A stretch of DNA of 64,000 bases from Guillardia theta CCMP2712 (Eukaryota > Protista > Cryptophyta): assembly GCF_000315625.1 (NCBI RefSeq), contig NW_005434664.1, forward strand, positions 1,077,438 through 1,141,437. The letters are read 5' to 3'. Made by a program: the position numbers and the translations under genes. A model generated the notes under the pieces. The model ran no database searches. It had not been told where the DNA came from and worked only from the letters and a program-made list of their open reading frames with translations. Below are positions 50,487 through 62,954 of this stretch, piece after piece. Positions within the stretch are counted from its first letter, which is position 1. Every line of letters starts with the position of its first letter.

Positions 50487-52046
50487 ATGTTGAACTTCCG
50501 AAGAGCTGCCATTGCTTTTGTTGCTGCCTCTTCTATCCATCAGGTGACATTGAAATTGAAATGAGCATGAGCTGAGCTGAAGATGCAGGTTGCTGATGCT
50601 TTTTCTTCCTCTGGATTCTCCCTCAGCCTCCGGTCTCCTCAATCCTCTTCTGTCAGCAAGGCTGCTGCAGTGTCCCGCACCCAGGGGTTCGTTTCAACAA
50701 CTCCCAACAGCAAGAAGCTCATCCCGTGCAGGACCAGATGCTTGAACGTGCGCATGGGATCGCTTGCTGAGAAGTACGGGCATCTCCGTGGTGCTGATAT
50801 TGAGCCATGCGGTTGCTGCTACCCTTCTCTGCGTCGAGTTCTGATCCTGATGCAGGAGCCGCTGTCGAGAGATTCTACAAGCTGTTTGCTCGCCCTGTGA
50901 GATCTCCTGGCTGTGCTTGTGGACGTTGACGGCTTGAACAGATCCCATTTGTGTTCAGAGCACCAACGAACGAAATTCTCTATTTGTCCCATCTTGACCT
51001 TGTCAACGCTATGGTAAGCTTTTGGCATGGTCAATGCTCAACTCAAGGCTAGTATTCAGTTTAGGTACGATGTCATTTGGGCTGCCGGTCTCTACTCCAC
51101 CTTTGATCTTTTCTTCTCTGCCCTCGATGAGGTGAATTTTGATCGATCCTTTCAAAGATCATGTTGTGGAACAGGACTTGCGTGCGAATCTCTTCCAAGC
51201 TTTGATGGGAGGGTTGAAGTTGGACCAGTCCAAGGTAATAGGAAGAGAACGACCGAAAGGTCCTCACATGCGCCGCAGATCAAGAGTGATGCAGATGCTG
51301 TCTTGCAGTGGGCACAGGGAAAGACTGAGGTGAAGTAGCTCACGCGAATGTCGCCGCTAATTTGATGCAGGCTGATGTTGTAAGCGCAATCAAGGGGGAG
51401 GATTCAAGCCCCGTCGGACAGGTCCTCGCTTCCTTGGGGAAGAATGAGGTGGGCGGTAAAGCGGATCGGAAAGTATCTCACTGATTGAGAAGGACTTCCT
51501 CTACACGAGAAACTTCGGGGCTGGATTGATCAAGATCATGCAAGTGAGTCACGTCGAGATTGTTCGGCTTGTTTTGACATGGCGCAGGTGGTGGGAGTAG
51601 AGCCAAATGCTGAAAACGCGAAGCGTTGGGCCGAGGTAACACTGATTTGAAGAGTAGGTTGAAGTGAGCCTATCTATCAGGTCTTGGGATTTACCTCCAA
51701 CACCTCCGCACTCTCTGGCCTGAGCGCTAGCAAGTTTGAAACGGATGTTGGCTTGTTTTTGTCGTCTGTGGACAAAATGCAGCAGGTAAAGTTGACCAGG
51801 AGCAGATGGAGAAAACTCATTGTTCCGTACAGGCAATGCAGCTCTTTGCTGAAGTTGAGGCCCGTGAGAAGAAGAAGGTCGTTTTCTTCTTCTTCTCGAT
51901 CTTCGGCACTGACACTTCAGTAATCAGATTGCAGAGAAGCTTGCAGAGAAGGCCGCCAGGGCTGCAGAAGAAGCAGCGAAGGAGAGCGGTAAAACCTCCT
52001 TCATCACGTCTGCGCTTTGACTGATGGCTTCAACAGCTTCATCCTG
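50487..52046 (+). CDS. THF1: Thylakoid formation protein THF1/Psb29, plastid-targeted
   Basis: Leader ..HQ|VADA-F; mature part FYKLFARPIPFVFRAPTNEILYLSHL..FRYDVIWAAGLYSTFD..FLYTRNFGAGL..DVGLFLSSVDKMQQAMQLFAEVEAREKKK. Confidence 0.9.
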
Positions 52047-52388
52047 ATAGTTTTCAAATTGTTTTGAATAAATTCACATCAGGAGAGTGGAGGCTCCACA
52101 ATCCGATCCAACCGATGAAAAAACAAAAAAAGTCAAGAGGTTGACAGGGGATTCTAAAAACATATAAAAAACATATATATGCAATGCAGGAAACGGGATG
52201 GTGGGGATGCAGACATCGCAGCATGTGCTGCCTCCTCGCATCGAGGCAGACAAGTGGAGGGAACGCAATAGGAAGGGGCACCCTGATAGATATCCCACTT
52301 AGCCTCCCTACCTCCGCCGGCCCAAGTTCACTTCCTGTCGCGATGTTTCCGTCGGTCGAGCAAGCAAGGCTAGCGTGACCGTCGCTCT

Positions 52389-55300
52389 ATGCTTGCTGGG
52401 ATGATGCTCTCTAACATTCTCGCCTCCTCGATGGCCCTGCTGCTTTTGCTTCACTTGCCTGTCTGCACCGCCTTCACTTCTTGGGTTCCTGTTTTTGTTC
52501 CTCCTACCATCCCTTGCAGGTTTCAATCCTTGTTTTTGCATACTGACATTCTCAAGCTTGTTTCAGTCTCCCCTTGTGCGATGCAGACTGTTTGGACATG
52601 GAATCCAAAGGATACATGTGTCCTCGAGCCGCCTCGACCATAGTTTCATATACGGGTATGCTCTGCCTGGCGCTGCTGCTGTGGTTTGTCACGAAGGTCG
52701 GACAGGTGTACTACCGACGTCCAGTGCATGCTATCGCACGTGGGACTGGTGGACCCCCGGCCCTCGTCCGTCTGCGTCAGACCCAGAAGGTTGCGGGCCT
52801 TGTCTGCTACTAGACGAGCATACAGCTTGTAACGATCATGCGTCTGACGTCGCTCACCGAGGATACCGAGGCGGAGGGCCCGTCCCTCGCTCTGGACATA
52901 GCGCCGTCGTCTACACCTCCCCAAAGAGCTCGGCATATGCAGGAGCAACCCTGATGATCGTGTTCGGCGGGAAGGATGCCCACGACAACTTCCTGAATGA
53001 CGTATGGACGATGTGCATCTCCAACTGCCCGCCAGTCCCCTTCTTCTACAGCCTCAAGAATGCGCGTGGTGAAACAGTCTACATGGACACCTGCCCCGAC
53101 AATCGCTGCCGTTGGGAGGAGAAGCTCATGTCTCAGAACCTCTCAGAGTGGAGCCTCTTTGTTGATACCCAACGGGCTCAGAACCTCATGGGGGTTGTTC
53201 CTTCCCGACCAGCTGGCAGAGTCGGTCACACAGCAGCACTAGCTTCAGTCCGGCTGAGTACAGGAGCCGTGGTCGATGTCATGACAGTCTATGGGGGTAT
53301 GAGCCCAAACTGCTCAGACTTTTGCTCCGACTTATGGCAGTATGATATTCTCAACAACAAGTGGTGAGTTCAGTTGAGCTTGTCAGGGCGTTATTCTGTC
53401 TTGTTGGTTTTGTTTGATTTTTTGTACTCTTTTACCTCTCTGACCTCACTTGTTCTCTTCAGGTACATGATTTATGGCCAATGGGTCGACAAGGATCTGA
53501 ATACGCAACAACTTTACGATTACTCAGCTTTCAATGAGCTACACCCTAGTAAACGGTTTGGGCAATCGGTTGCCGTGGTGGGAGAGGACATGTACATTCT
53601 GGGTGGATACACGAATGGAGTGGACTACGTGTGCTGCGGCCTTAGCAGAACGCTTTGCGCTAGCATAGAGAACACGAGGACAGCATGGTATCAGACAGCA
53701 GACCCTGGCTGCCCCTTCCTCAACGACGTGTGGATGACACACCTGAGTGGTTACGAACCTTTCTTCTCGCAGCTGGCTCTCGGAAAGCACACGACGCAGT
53801 CATCGACTCTAGCTGGAGGGCTATCGTGGTACGCTGTCGATGGAGTTCAGACCGGCTCTCCCTCTGCGGTCAGTGCGACTCTCACCAACACTGACTCACA
53901 AGCTTGGTGGCAAGTTGATCTTGGGAGTGTCCACATGGTATGTCCCCATCAACCTTTGACTTCTCTGATTGCCTCCTCCTCCCAATTGATTTGCTGTCTC
54001 TCTATCTTGCATTGCATCTTCCCGTGTCGACTTTGATTCTTCATTCAGTTTGACTGTGTTTTTTTACATCATAAGGTGTCGAATGTCACAATTTTCAACT
54101 CTATTGAACAACCAGAGCGTCTGAGCAATTTCTACGTCCTCTCTTCCATGCAGCCCTTTGTGTCCGATAGACTGCAGGTTATCCCAATTTCATGTGCTTG
54201 CATAATTTTCCCACTACATCTGCCCTCGTTTTCATTTTACCTTCATTCCTCACCTCCTCTGTATCCTTCCCCTCCTTCCCTTTCCCCTTCTTCCTCCACA
54301 TGCCTCTTCTTATCTGCTTCATTTCTTATTCCCTGGATTTTGTTTTCTTTTGTTTTTTTCTCTCTTTTTCCTCCATGCCGAGCTCCTTCTCATGAACAAT
54401 GCAGGACATTTTGCACGACCCTAACGTGCAGAAAGCACATGTTATGTACCTAGAAGGAAGCAGCGTGGCTATCGATGTGAACAGCAAGGTGATAGACGAC
54501 AGACACTTTAGGCATGACAGAAACAGTGAAAAGTGAGTGAATTCAATCTTAACATGTCCAGATGAAGGCAGGAAGGCTAATCCAATGCAAAACAATTCTG
54601 ATTCTCTTTGATAGAGCAGCAGGAGGTATCGAGAACTTTGGGTTACAACATTATTCTGCAGCAGGGTGTAGGTAGTGCCGTGCAGATATATTATGTTCAT
54701 TTGAGTAGGCATTACTTTGATTCTCCATCAAGTGAATCCAAAGAAGAAAATGAACCGAAGAATGAGGCTACGACCTATGGCAAGAAGTAGAAAATCGTCT
54801 TGTTGACCTGCTTTCAGGTCCAGTATATTCGGATTCAGCTTGCTGGAACGGACTATCTTTCACTCGCTGAGGTCGAGGTGTGGGGCTACCCTGAGATTCA
54901 AGTGAGAAAACGTGTTGATGAAAGGGGGAGAAACGGAGAAACGGAGAAACGGAGGGGGGGGGGGGATGTTGGTCAGGAGTCAATTTGTACGATTCAAGAA
55001 GATGGCTGCAGGACTGGCAAGAGGTATATGGGCTGAAACGATGGACCAAGATGCTTCCAAGAGTAGGCGGGACAGTGCCGACGGCTCCTCGAGCAAGACA
55101 TTCAAGTAAGTCAGGCTGATGTGACTGAGACGTGAAATGAGAGGAGCAGTGGTAGGCGTGGAGAGATCCAAGGTGATACGATTGCAATGGAGGAAATGAA
55201 GCTTAAATTGCTGCATCAGCTACTTGTCTACGGAGGCTTCAACAGAGAGTATCCTTACTGGCTGAACGACTTGTATTCTTCTTTTCTCCTCCTAATCCCC

Positions 55301-57682
55301 CCCTACTGATTGTTTTACAGTTTCACTATCTCACTCACCGATTACATCTCTGATGCTCGAGAAGGAGTCACTTGGACGAATGTTTGTCTCTCCCTCTGCT
55401 GTCCACTTTTGATATCCCCTCAGATCTTTCCACGATCTCAAGAGCCCTCGACCGCCTTCCCTGTCGGACGCGCGGGACATTCTGCTGTATACTCGGAGAC
55501 GTGCAGTGTCGGGGCAGGGGCCGAGCAAGCGAGCACAGCAAGCGAGGCAGACAAGCTCGTCTATCCAGGCATCTTCCTGCAGACCCCCTGGTGCCGGGGG
55601 CAAGTTCTCATCTATGGTTGGACTTCGATCGAGAGGAGAAGGGGCAGGTTGACATGCAAGACAGGAGGCGGCACAGAAGCTGCAATTGAGAGCTGGCATC
55701 CTGCCTACCCTGACGGGTTTCTAGGAGATATCTGGTTGTACAACATTTCGTCAGAGGTGATCAGCCCGTGAGTGTCTTCTCCTCTACCTCTAGCTTGCTC
55801 TTAGTACACGCAGGGTCAACTACTCTACTAACGCCCCCTTTCCTGCTCGGAGAAGTGACGCGACCCTAGTCTTGCATGAGGATATGATCGTACCATCCTC
55901 TGCTCTAGCCCCGCCTCTCTTGGTTGACGTGCATCGTAGATCTTGTATGGAGGTCGAGGTTCTGCGTCGGACTGTCTCAACTCTCTGTGTGGAGATGCTT
56001 GGACTCTAAATGTGAACCCCCTTTGTATCTTATCTTCTATCCCCAAGAATTCTCTACATGCACCTGGTTACACAAGTTGCGTGGGTGCAGGTCTCAGGTG
56101 CTGGCTCCTGTCCTCCTGCCTGCTCAGCTCATGGCGTGTGCGAATGGGGATACTGCGTGTGCGACGTCGGGTTCCTGGGGGTCACGTGCGAGCAGCAGCA
56201 ATGCCCGAACTCAAGGTTAGCAGAGGATAAAAGGCGGAGGGAGAAGGGAGGACGAGGGCATGACAGACAGCTGAAATGTTCAAGTGCAAATCTCATTGGG
56301 TCGTGCAGATGCGTGTACGACTATCGTAACCACGTCAACGATTGTCTTCTGTGCAGCGGCAACGGAGTCTGCAATGCGAACGCGACCTGCATCTGCGATG
56401 TGGGATGGAAGGGGGAGGACTGCAGGTTAGACAACTAATTTGCACAGCAGCTATCCTCGTGCACATCTTCATGACGTGGCTGTCTAGTATCCTGCACTGT
56501 CCGGGTGGATGTTCTGGTCACGGGACCTGCAAGCTGGTACGGACCTTTCCTTCTTCATGGCCTCCCCGGCAGTCGACTATCTGCTCTGCTAGAGCGCACA
56601 CCCATCTTACCTATTCTGGCAGGGAGGCGTGTGCGACTGCGATGAAGGCTTCGGGGGACCGGTAGGAAGTCATGATACGAGAGGGTGGCAGCAGAGACGA
56701 AGTGTCAGAGGGCGTGATAGAGTCTCTCACGACGGGATGCACAGGACTGTTTTGTAGCATTCTGCCCCAGCAACTGCACAGCGTGGACAGATGGCATCGA
56801 CTCGGGTTTCAGAGGTGTGCCCTTCTGCTTCGTCCCTTTCGACTCTCCTTCACCCCCTCACTCTCCCCTGCTTCACATTCCAGCAGGCTTTAGGGTTTAG
56901 TAACAGCATATGACTTTTGCTCAAAATTCCTACAGGCGACTGCGATGTCGTGCGAGACCCACCTTGCTGTGGCATCGAGCCAGACTGTATTCGAACCTCC
57001 TCCTCTCCAAACCCTTGCACAGGTCTCTCCTCCTTCATCCAACTCAATTCGCTTAGACCATGGCAGCGCGAGCAACTGGATACGACACGACGCCTGCCCA
57101 CAAGGTGAGAGGAAGCTCTTTCAAAGGTCTCAGCCTAAGGGGGCGGACAGGTTGAGGCTGTATGCTACTGCGCCGACGACTTCACTGGCTCGGACTGTGG
57201 GTCAAACATTGCTGATGTCATCATCGCTTCCAAGACATCGTGAGACGCACTCAACCACTAATGTCTGTACGACAGCTCAAAATCCTTATATCCCCTTCAT
57301 TCACTGCAATTAAGAACCAACACTCTCGCGAATCTGCACAAGAATCACCGAGTTACCACGTCAGGCTTGTGTCTTAACCTTCCGAACCATTCGTTTCACA
57401 ACGGATGCGAGAGACTTGCTTGCCGAACCTTCCCTCAACTTACCCTGCCCTCGGTTGCCTGGTTCCGTTGACATGCTCGGTACCTGGACCTTCGTATCAT
57501 CAGCAATGCAGCGCACAGGAACACTATCCTATACGTCGCTCCGGTACTTGTCTGCCTGCTTCTCTGCTTCTTTCGCTTTTGCGATGAGATATTTCGCGCG
57601 TGTCATCTACAAGGTCAGGTTTTACATGGCACGTCTCATGCATCATGTTCACACCTCCCCCTGCTCGTAGGTTTCTAACTGA
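52389..57682 (+). CDS. Secreted/membrane protein with Kelch repeats, an F5/8 (fucolectin/FTP-type) domain and tenascin-type EGF repeats
   Basis: Signal peptide MALLLLLHLPVCTA; Kelch PVPRSGHSA, PAGRVGHTA, PSKRFGQS, PVGRAGHSA; FTP LALGKHTTQSST...AVDG...AWWQVDLG...YIRIQL...LSLAEVEVWG; EGF CSAHGVCEWGYCVCDVGFLGVTC and others; hydrophobic C-terminus. Confidence 0.85.
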
Positions 57683-57840
57683 TCTAGTTGGTGCTGGATG
57701 GAGCTGCACTGACGTCACCTTCATTTCATTTCCTCTCACTACCAAACTCACTCTGCTCGAGTCGCCTCTGTTTTGGCTTCAATTCTGAGATCGGTCGCTT
57801 TGGCTAGCTCATGCTTAGCAGCCTACAACACATTAGTCAT

Positions 57841-58718
57841 TCAAGAAGCATCACAAGTGAAAACCTTGACGTTATCCACAGATTTTTCAATGAACGCTGA
57901 AGCCTTGAATAATATTTGAATCAAAATTAGCACAAAGCGAAAATCTTCACCTCTGGCGGAACTTCGGCTTTGATTGCACTTTTCACCATGCTCTAAGACG
58001 ATGTTTGTCATTCCATGCGGACACTGGGAACTTATTGTGCGTACCCTCAAAAAATCAGAAGGTTTGTTGGGATCGACGACTTGGTTGACATCAGCGGCAG
58101 ACTTCATCTGTAGTCTTGCGTCTTTCTTTCTTGCGTCTTTCCCTAACACACGTATTAGCGTAATCATACTAGTCATGAAAATAAAGCTACCACGTACAAT
58201 TTCCAAGCTGCTCCAGCGAATGAATGATTCATAGTGGTAAGTGATGTGAGTTTGATACAAAAAAGCAGATGCAGAGAAAACCAACCTCGCTATGTTAGCA
58301 GCAGGGTTGACTTGCCACCACCTGTTCACATCAGCAGCTGATCTCTACAAGTATATCAGTGACCGGCCGTTGAATGAATGTGAATCAAGATAACCTGAGT
58401 CAGGAGTGTTTTTACATGATCTGTAGCCCCGAGAGTGTTGGAGTTGACAACTAAAAGGGAAAACGAATCACCATCATGCCCCGAGGCAACATAAAACAGC
58501 GAAAGTAAGCAGTCCGATCATAATGTCGCACGCAAAATTGCGAAGGACCAAGGCAGGCACTAGACAAGATCCTAACACTCACCGAGAACGAGACCTGCAA
58601 GGGTGCAAACCATCGGAACTATTTTCATCCAGCTACTCCAACTCGACAACGAGGAGCGGCATGCCTCTCGCTCTTCGCTCCTTCTCGTACCATGGCTGCC
58701 ACCTTCGGCCATGGCCAT
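57841..58718 (-). CDS. Hypothetical membrane protein
   Basis: Exons with hydrophobic segments (KIVPMVCTLAGLVL; IARLVFSASAFLY; GSFIFMTSMITLI). Confidence 0.45.
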
Positions 58719-58764
58719 GGCACGCCTCTTCACCGAGGGACCACATCCCCACTTCAAGTGCTGT

Positions 58765-59035
58765 ACGCCGCTCCGGCGTGGCTCCGGCCCAGGTTCCGGG
58801 GAGTCCGGCCCGGCCCGCTCCGGCCCGGGGACTCGGGACCGGGCTCCGGGGGAGGCTGAGTCCCGGCGGGGCCGGGGGAGGCTCCGGGGGCTCCGGGGCT
58901 CCGGCTCAGCGGGGCCGCACGGACTCCCGGCCACGTCTCAGTGGAGCAGCCGGGCCCGGGCCTCAGCCCGGCGGGGCCTGCCGGACCCGGGTGACCCGCG
59001 GGACAGGCCGGGATCAACGCGTCGCAGCCTCCGCA
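58765..59035. other. GC-rich intergenic island
   Basis: Same CCGG/GACTC-rich word composition as 16735-17462. Confidence 0.75.
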
Positions 59036-59210
59036 GTGTATCATGTGGCTAGCAGCCTCAGTTGAGTGATATGACTCAGACAACACTGAAACGGCAACTC
59101 ACTGAGTCAAATGGGGTCACGGGTGTAGAACATTGGATTGTATATACGCCCTGGCAAGCTGGGCATGTGTTATTCACTGAGTTGAACATCATGACGACAA
59201 TCGAATCGGT

Positions 59211-61231
59211 TTAAAATTTGAGAGTACGCTTGTAACAGTTCACGTTTCCGCTTTGAATAATGAAAAACTCATTTCCGACGTCTCCTTCCTGTAAAATGCG
59301 TGAGATAGCCGTCAAAGGCGTTAATCAATCATACCTGAATGATAGTTTCGCCTGGCTCAGCAGTCCTCAACTAACAAGAGTGGTCATTACTGCAGTTAAA
59401 CAAGAAGTTGAAATACCTTCATTGCTTCCGCGATCTTGAATTTCTCATATTGTGTCAACTCAGCTAGAAGTGAAACCTGCAGAATACAAAGTAAAGATCG
59501 CATCCTCTCCAGTTGTTCCTGGTTCCGAGTTAACCTTAGACAAGAATTGAAGACGATCGTTCATGTCTTGCTTTCCACTGTCAAAGAATAAGAGGAGGGG
59601 GCGACAGGCAAAGCCACGACAATGGTACCTCTGCATCATGATTTTGCGGAAGGTGTCTCGATCCAGAGCCCATGTCACGCACGACTGAATCAAATTGCAT
59701 CATTCATCATCTACCACTGTGAGATAATTTCCACCTGGGTTGTGCGAATGGTTGCGTTGCGAGGCTCTCCATGCAACAAGGCAAGTTCTCCAAAAGATCC
59801 ACCTACAAAGAAGTTCACAAAAAAACCTTGTTGATTGTCATGAAATGCCTGGTCCATATTCATTTACTTTGATTGGGTCCGAGCCCAGAGGTTTGGCCAA
59901 CAACACCTTGATGTGATACCTCTTAACTCAAAAACAAAAATACAAGCACTGCTTACATCTGCCTTTCCAGAATCCAAGATATAATAGTAATCACCTACAG
60001 ATTCCTCAGCAAACCCATAGACGACAAAATTGTTCGAACCATCATCGCCCTGTCGAATAATATCTTCTCCAGAATTGAAAGTTTTCTTCTCAAATGCTTC
60101 GATCACCTAGAATCCAACATGTGACGCAGCATTTAGACAACAAACAGATTTTACCGTTGTGCGCGCTTTTGGGTCCAAGTAAGCCAACAAAGCAGTTTTG
60201 GAAATATGCTACGACGACTTAAACATCCTATCAGATCTGGAAGACCATGCTGACCTCATCAAGGCGCTGGATTTCTTCTTCGCTCTTCGGGTACGATGGA
60301 GGAGTCCAACCATCTTCAATCTGTGTGATGTCAGAAAACCAACTTAAGACAGAAAGAAGGAACAGCACCAACCTGAGCTGCCTCCACGAATACTGTGCCA
60401 CGTCTCCCCCTGCAAGAATTATTTCACTGGGCACATCCCAGAACGGAAGAATATGTCAAACAAACCTCCTAACATTCGCAGGAGGTGGGGTTGGTGGTGC
60501 ATCATCTTCATTCTCTTCTTCGGGACCGTTCTGTTCCTGGTTGAACAGAGTAAATCATGAATCTGAACAACTATGGCGTACTTTCGCATCATCCGTGATC
60601 GCTTCTGGTAATTCGATAGACTTGTAAGATTCCTACAGAACTTAAGGTCGAGACAGAGTATGAAATCGCTTGCAGACCATGTTGCGCCTCAAGATCTCAA
60701 AAAGATTGCCGCAGAGCCTAGTGAAAGCGTCTCTGCTGAGAACAAGCAACGTGACTGTTCCAACAGCCTGCTCGATTGATCAAGGAGCTAAATCAATAGG
60801 AAACAGGGCACACCTTCACAGTTGCTTGTCGAGGCTTACCACTCAAAAGAGCAATCTCTCCAAAGAAATCACCTTGCGAGAGTTTGTGAACCTGAATACG
60901 TTCATTTCGGATTCCGCACAGCTTCAGCGCTTACCAGTGTTTCACACCATTCAGCTTGCTGGGGAGATGTTGGATGGTTTTCTATCAACCACCTTGCAAG
61001 CCATTTGAAAGGATCATCTGGTTGCTATCAAACAGTGAGTACTTGCGAGCCTCAAGACAGGATGGGATCTTACTTGCACACACATGTCCGTCAGTGCTCT
61101 GGACAAAACAGGAACAACGGTGGACTCAAGATATTCTTTTACTGCTTCTCGTCTTGTAACATTCGAAGAATCGGCTGCGCAGAAAATTGGAATTATCCAC
61201 ACAGCAAAACGTTCCTACCTGATTGGGACAT
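59211..61231 (-). CDS. cAMP-dependent protein kinase regulatory subunit-like protein (Dpy-30-type D/D domain, permuted CNB-B, intact CNB-A)
   Basis: MSQS..VKEYLESTVVPVLSRALTDMCVQQPDDPFKWLARWL (Dpy-30); GDFFGEIALLSGKPRQATV; inhibitor site RRGTV; IIRQGDDGDYYYILDSG..GSFGELALLHGEPRNATI..WALDRDTFRKI; IIQEGDVGNEFFIIQSG. Confidence 0.9.
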
Positions 61232-62053
61232 GTTGGAGGTTTGAACAACTTCCTTGCAGAGGCAGATATTTCTGAGCGAAAAGTCAAAAGGGAACGAAGA
61301 AAGGCAAATTGCTTATAAACTGCATCAACTTTTAGCTATTTCCCAGCAATGAGATGTTCACTTTTGACTTGCCCTGATCATACAAGACCTAGTCTTGAAG
61401 TATCCTAACACATGTTATCTTCAAGGTGTTCATGTCCTTTCATCTATACTGAGATGCAGTGAAATCTTCCATACTCGGGAAAAGAAGTTTTCGAATTCGT
61501 TACATCTCAAATTCTGAGGTTCTTGCCACCTCTGTTTCATTTTCATACATGCCCACACGTTTGACTGGCATCATCCGACTCTTGCCCATTTACATCCCTC
61601 CACCGCGGCTCTGCACACCCTACCCCTATCCTTCCCCAGAATGGTACCCCTATCAATTACCTACACACCCACCCCAAGCCACTACCCTACCTGTGTACAC
61701 CCCTGAATCACAGGGGATAGACTAGGTCCTCTGGGCTTTGCAATCATCAAACAAGAGCCATTACAACCCCACCCCAATTCAGTCATTTCGCTATCAGGCA
61801 GTACAGGTCAAACTACCCCCTTCCTCTCGTCTAAAAAGGCCGATCCCACTGGCTAACGTCTCCAGGACCCCTACCAAAGCTTACTACGTCCCTCTATTGT
61901 GCCATAATCGATCCCATGTGGATCTACGGACCCCTTGATGTCCTTGGTTTAGGACTGGGTAGGTGGGTAGGGTGATGATTGGGTCAATGAGGGCGATGAC
62001 ATTCTGGGTTTAGGGTTTAGGGTTTAGCCTAGTAGTTAGGGTTTCAAGTTTAG

Positions 62054-62399
62054 AAGAAGAGAAGGTCCAGCCATCATTGCCAGGAGAAGTCTAGCCCTGC
62101 CCGGCCACCGTGAGTGGCCGACTACATGTGGGGAGGGAAGGGGGGCTGGGAGGCTACGACACTTGGCCAAAAACAGGAAGGGAACCGGGCTCGGACTTAA
62201 GCAGGGCCCGGAACTTCCGTTGAACACTGAAAATATCATCTAATACGGAAGCACTGAACTGGGCCTAAGGGCTCATAGGACAACGAAGGGCCAACCTCTC
62301 AAGGCTGGGAACCCCTTTAGACGGATAAATAGGCGAGAGATGAGCAGAGAGCATTAGTTCTTAGCTAACACATTCTCGATTAACAGTCTAATAAACTCA

Positions 62400-62430
<31 letters not shown>
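62054..62430 (+). mobile_element. Possible 5'-truncated non-LTR retroelement/SINE 3' end with a (TAA)10 tail inserted in telomeric repeats
   Basis: AATAAA at ~62390, (TAA)n at 62399-62430 abutting GGGTTTAGG, and a telomeric tract on the left side. No ORF is visible. Confidence 0.35.
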
Positions 62431-62815
62431 GGGTTTAGGACGACGGCCTTCAAGTTGGTAAAGAGCAACGAGGACTGTGACCGTAAATCAAAAGGGAAGC
62501 CTCAAAAGCAAGCAACTAGGATCAGCATGGCAGGGACGGAGAAAGGACACACGAGACAGCTGGAAGAGGGTTTGGGGTTCAACGGTTTAGGGTTTAGGGC
62601 CTCAGCATGACGAGGAGAGGAGCCCGAGCAGCGAGGAGCAAGCCCAAGAGCCCCAAGGGCAGCAGCAAGGCGCTGGATGGCTGGAGCTCAGCGACATCGA
62701 CAGGATCACCATGGAAGCAGCGTCGCCGTCAGGGCCAAAGTCGATCTCCGACAGGGAGCTAGACAAGAGTATTGGCTTTAGGGTTTAGGGTTTAGGGTTT
62801 AGGGTTTAGGGTTTA

Positions 62816-62899
62816 GCGCCGTTATTTTCGGCAGGCGCCGTTATTTTCGGCAGCAGGCGCCGTTATTTTCGGCAGCAGGCGCCGTTATTTTCGGCAGCA
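62816..62899. repeat. Four copies of a 19-22-bp unit GGCGCCGTTATTTTCGGCA(GCA)
   Basis: Seen directly; related to the 19-bp satellite. Confidence 0.9.
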
Positions 62900-62954
62900 T
62901 GGCTCCTTGCCAGGTGTAGGGGAAGCCGCCAGGGTTTAGGGTTTAGGGTTTAGG

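Larger units (their letters stand above)
62006..62954 (+). repeat. Subtelomeric mosaic with short interspersed (TTTAGGG)n tracts
   Basis: Tracts at 62006-62027, 62036-62053, 62431-62439, 62584-62599, 62777-62816 and 62931-62954, all with the G-strand on +, i.e. pointing to a right-hand chromosome end. Confidence 0.9.

Noticed and set aside
59160-60891. Back-splicing or circRNA restoring an intact CNB-B
   Set aside because: The only nearby donor after NCYK is phase 1 while the VHKL acceptor is phase 0, so the join would not be in frame.
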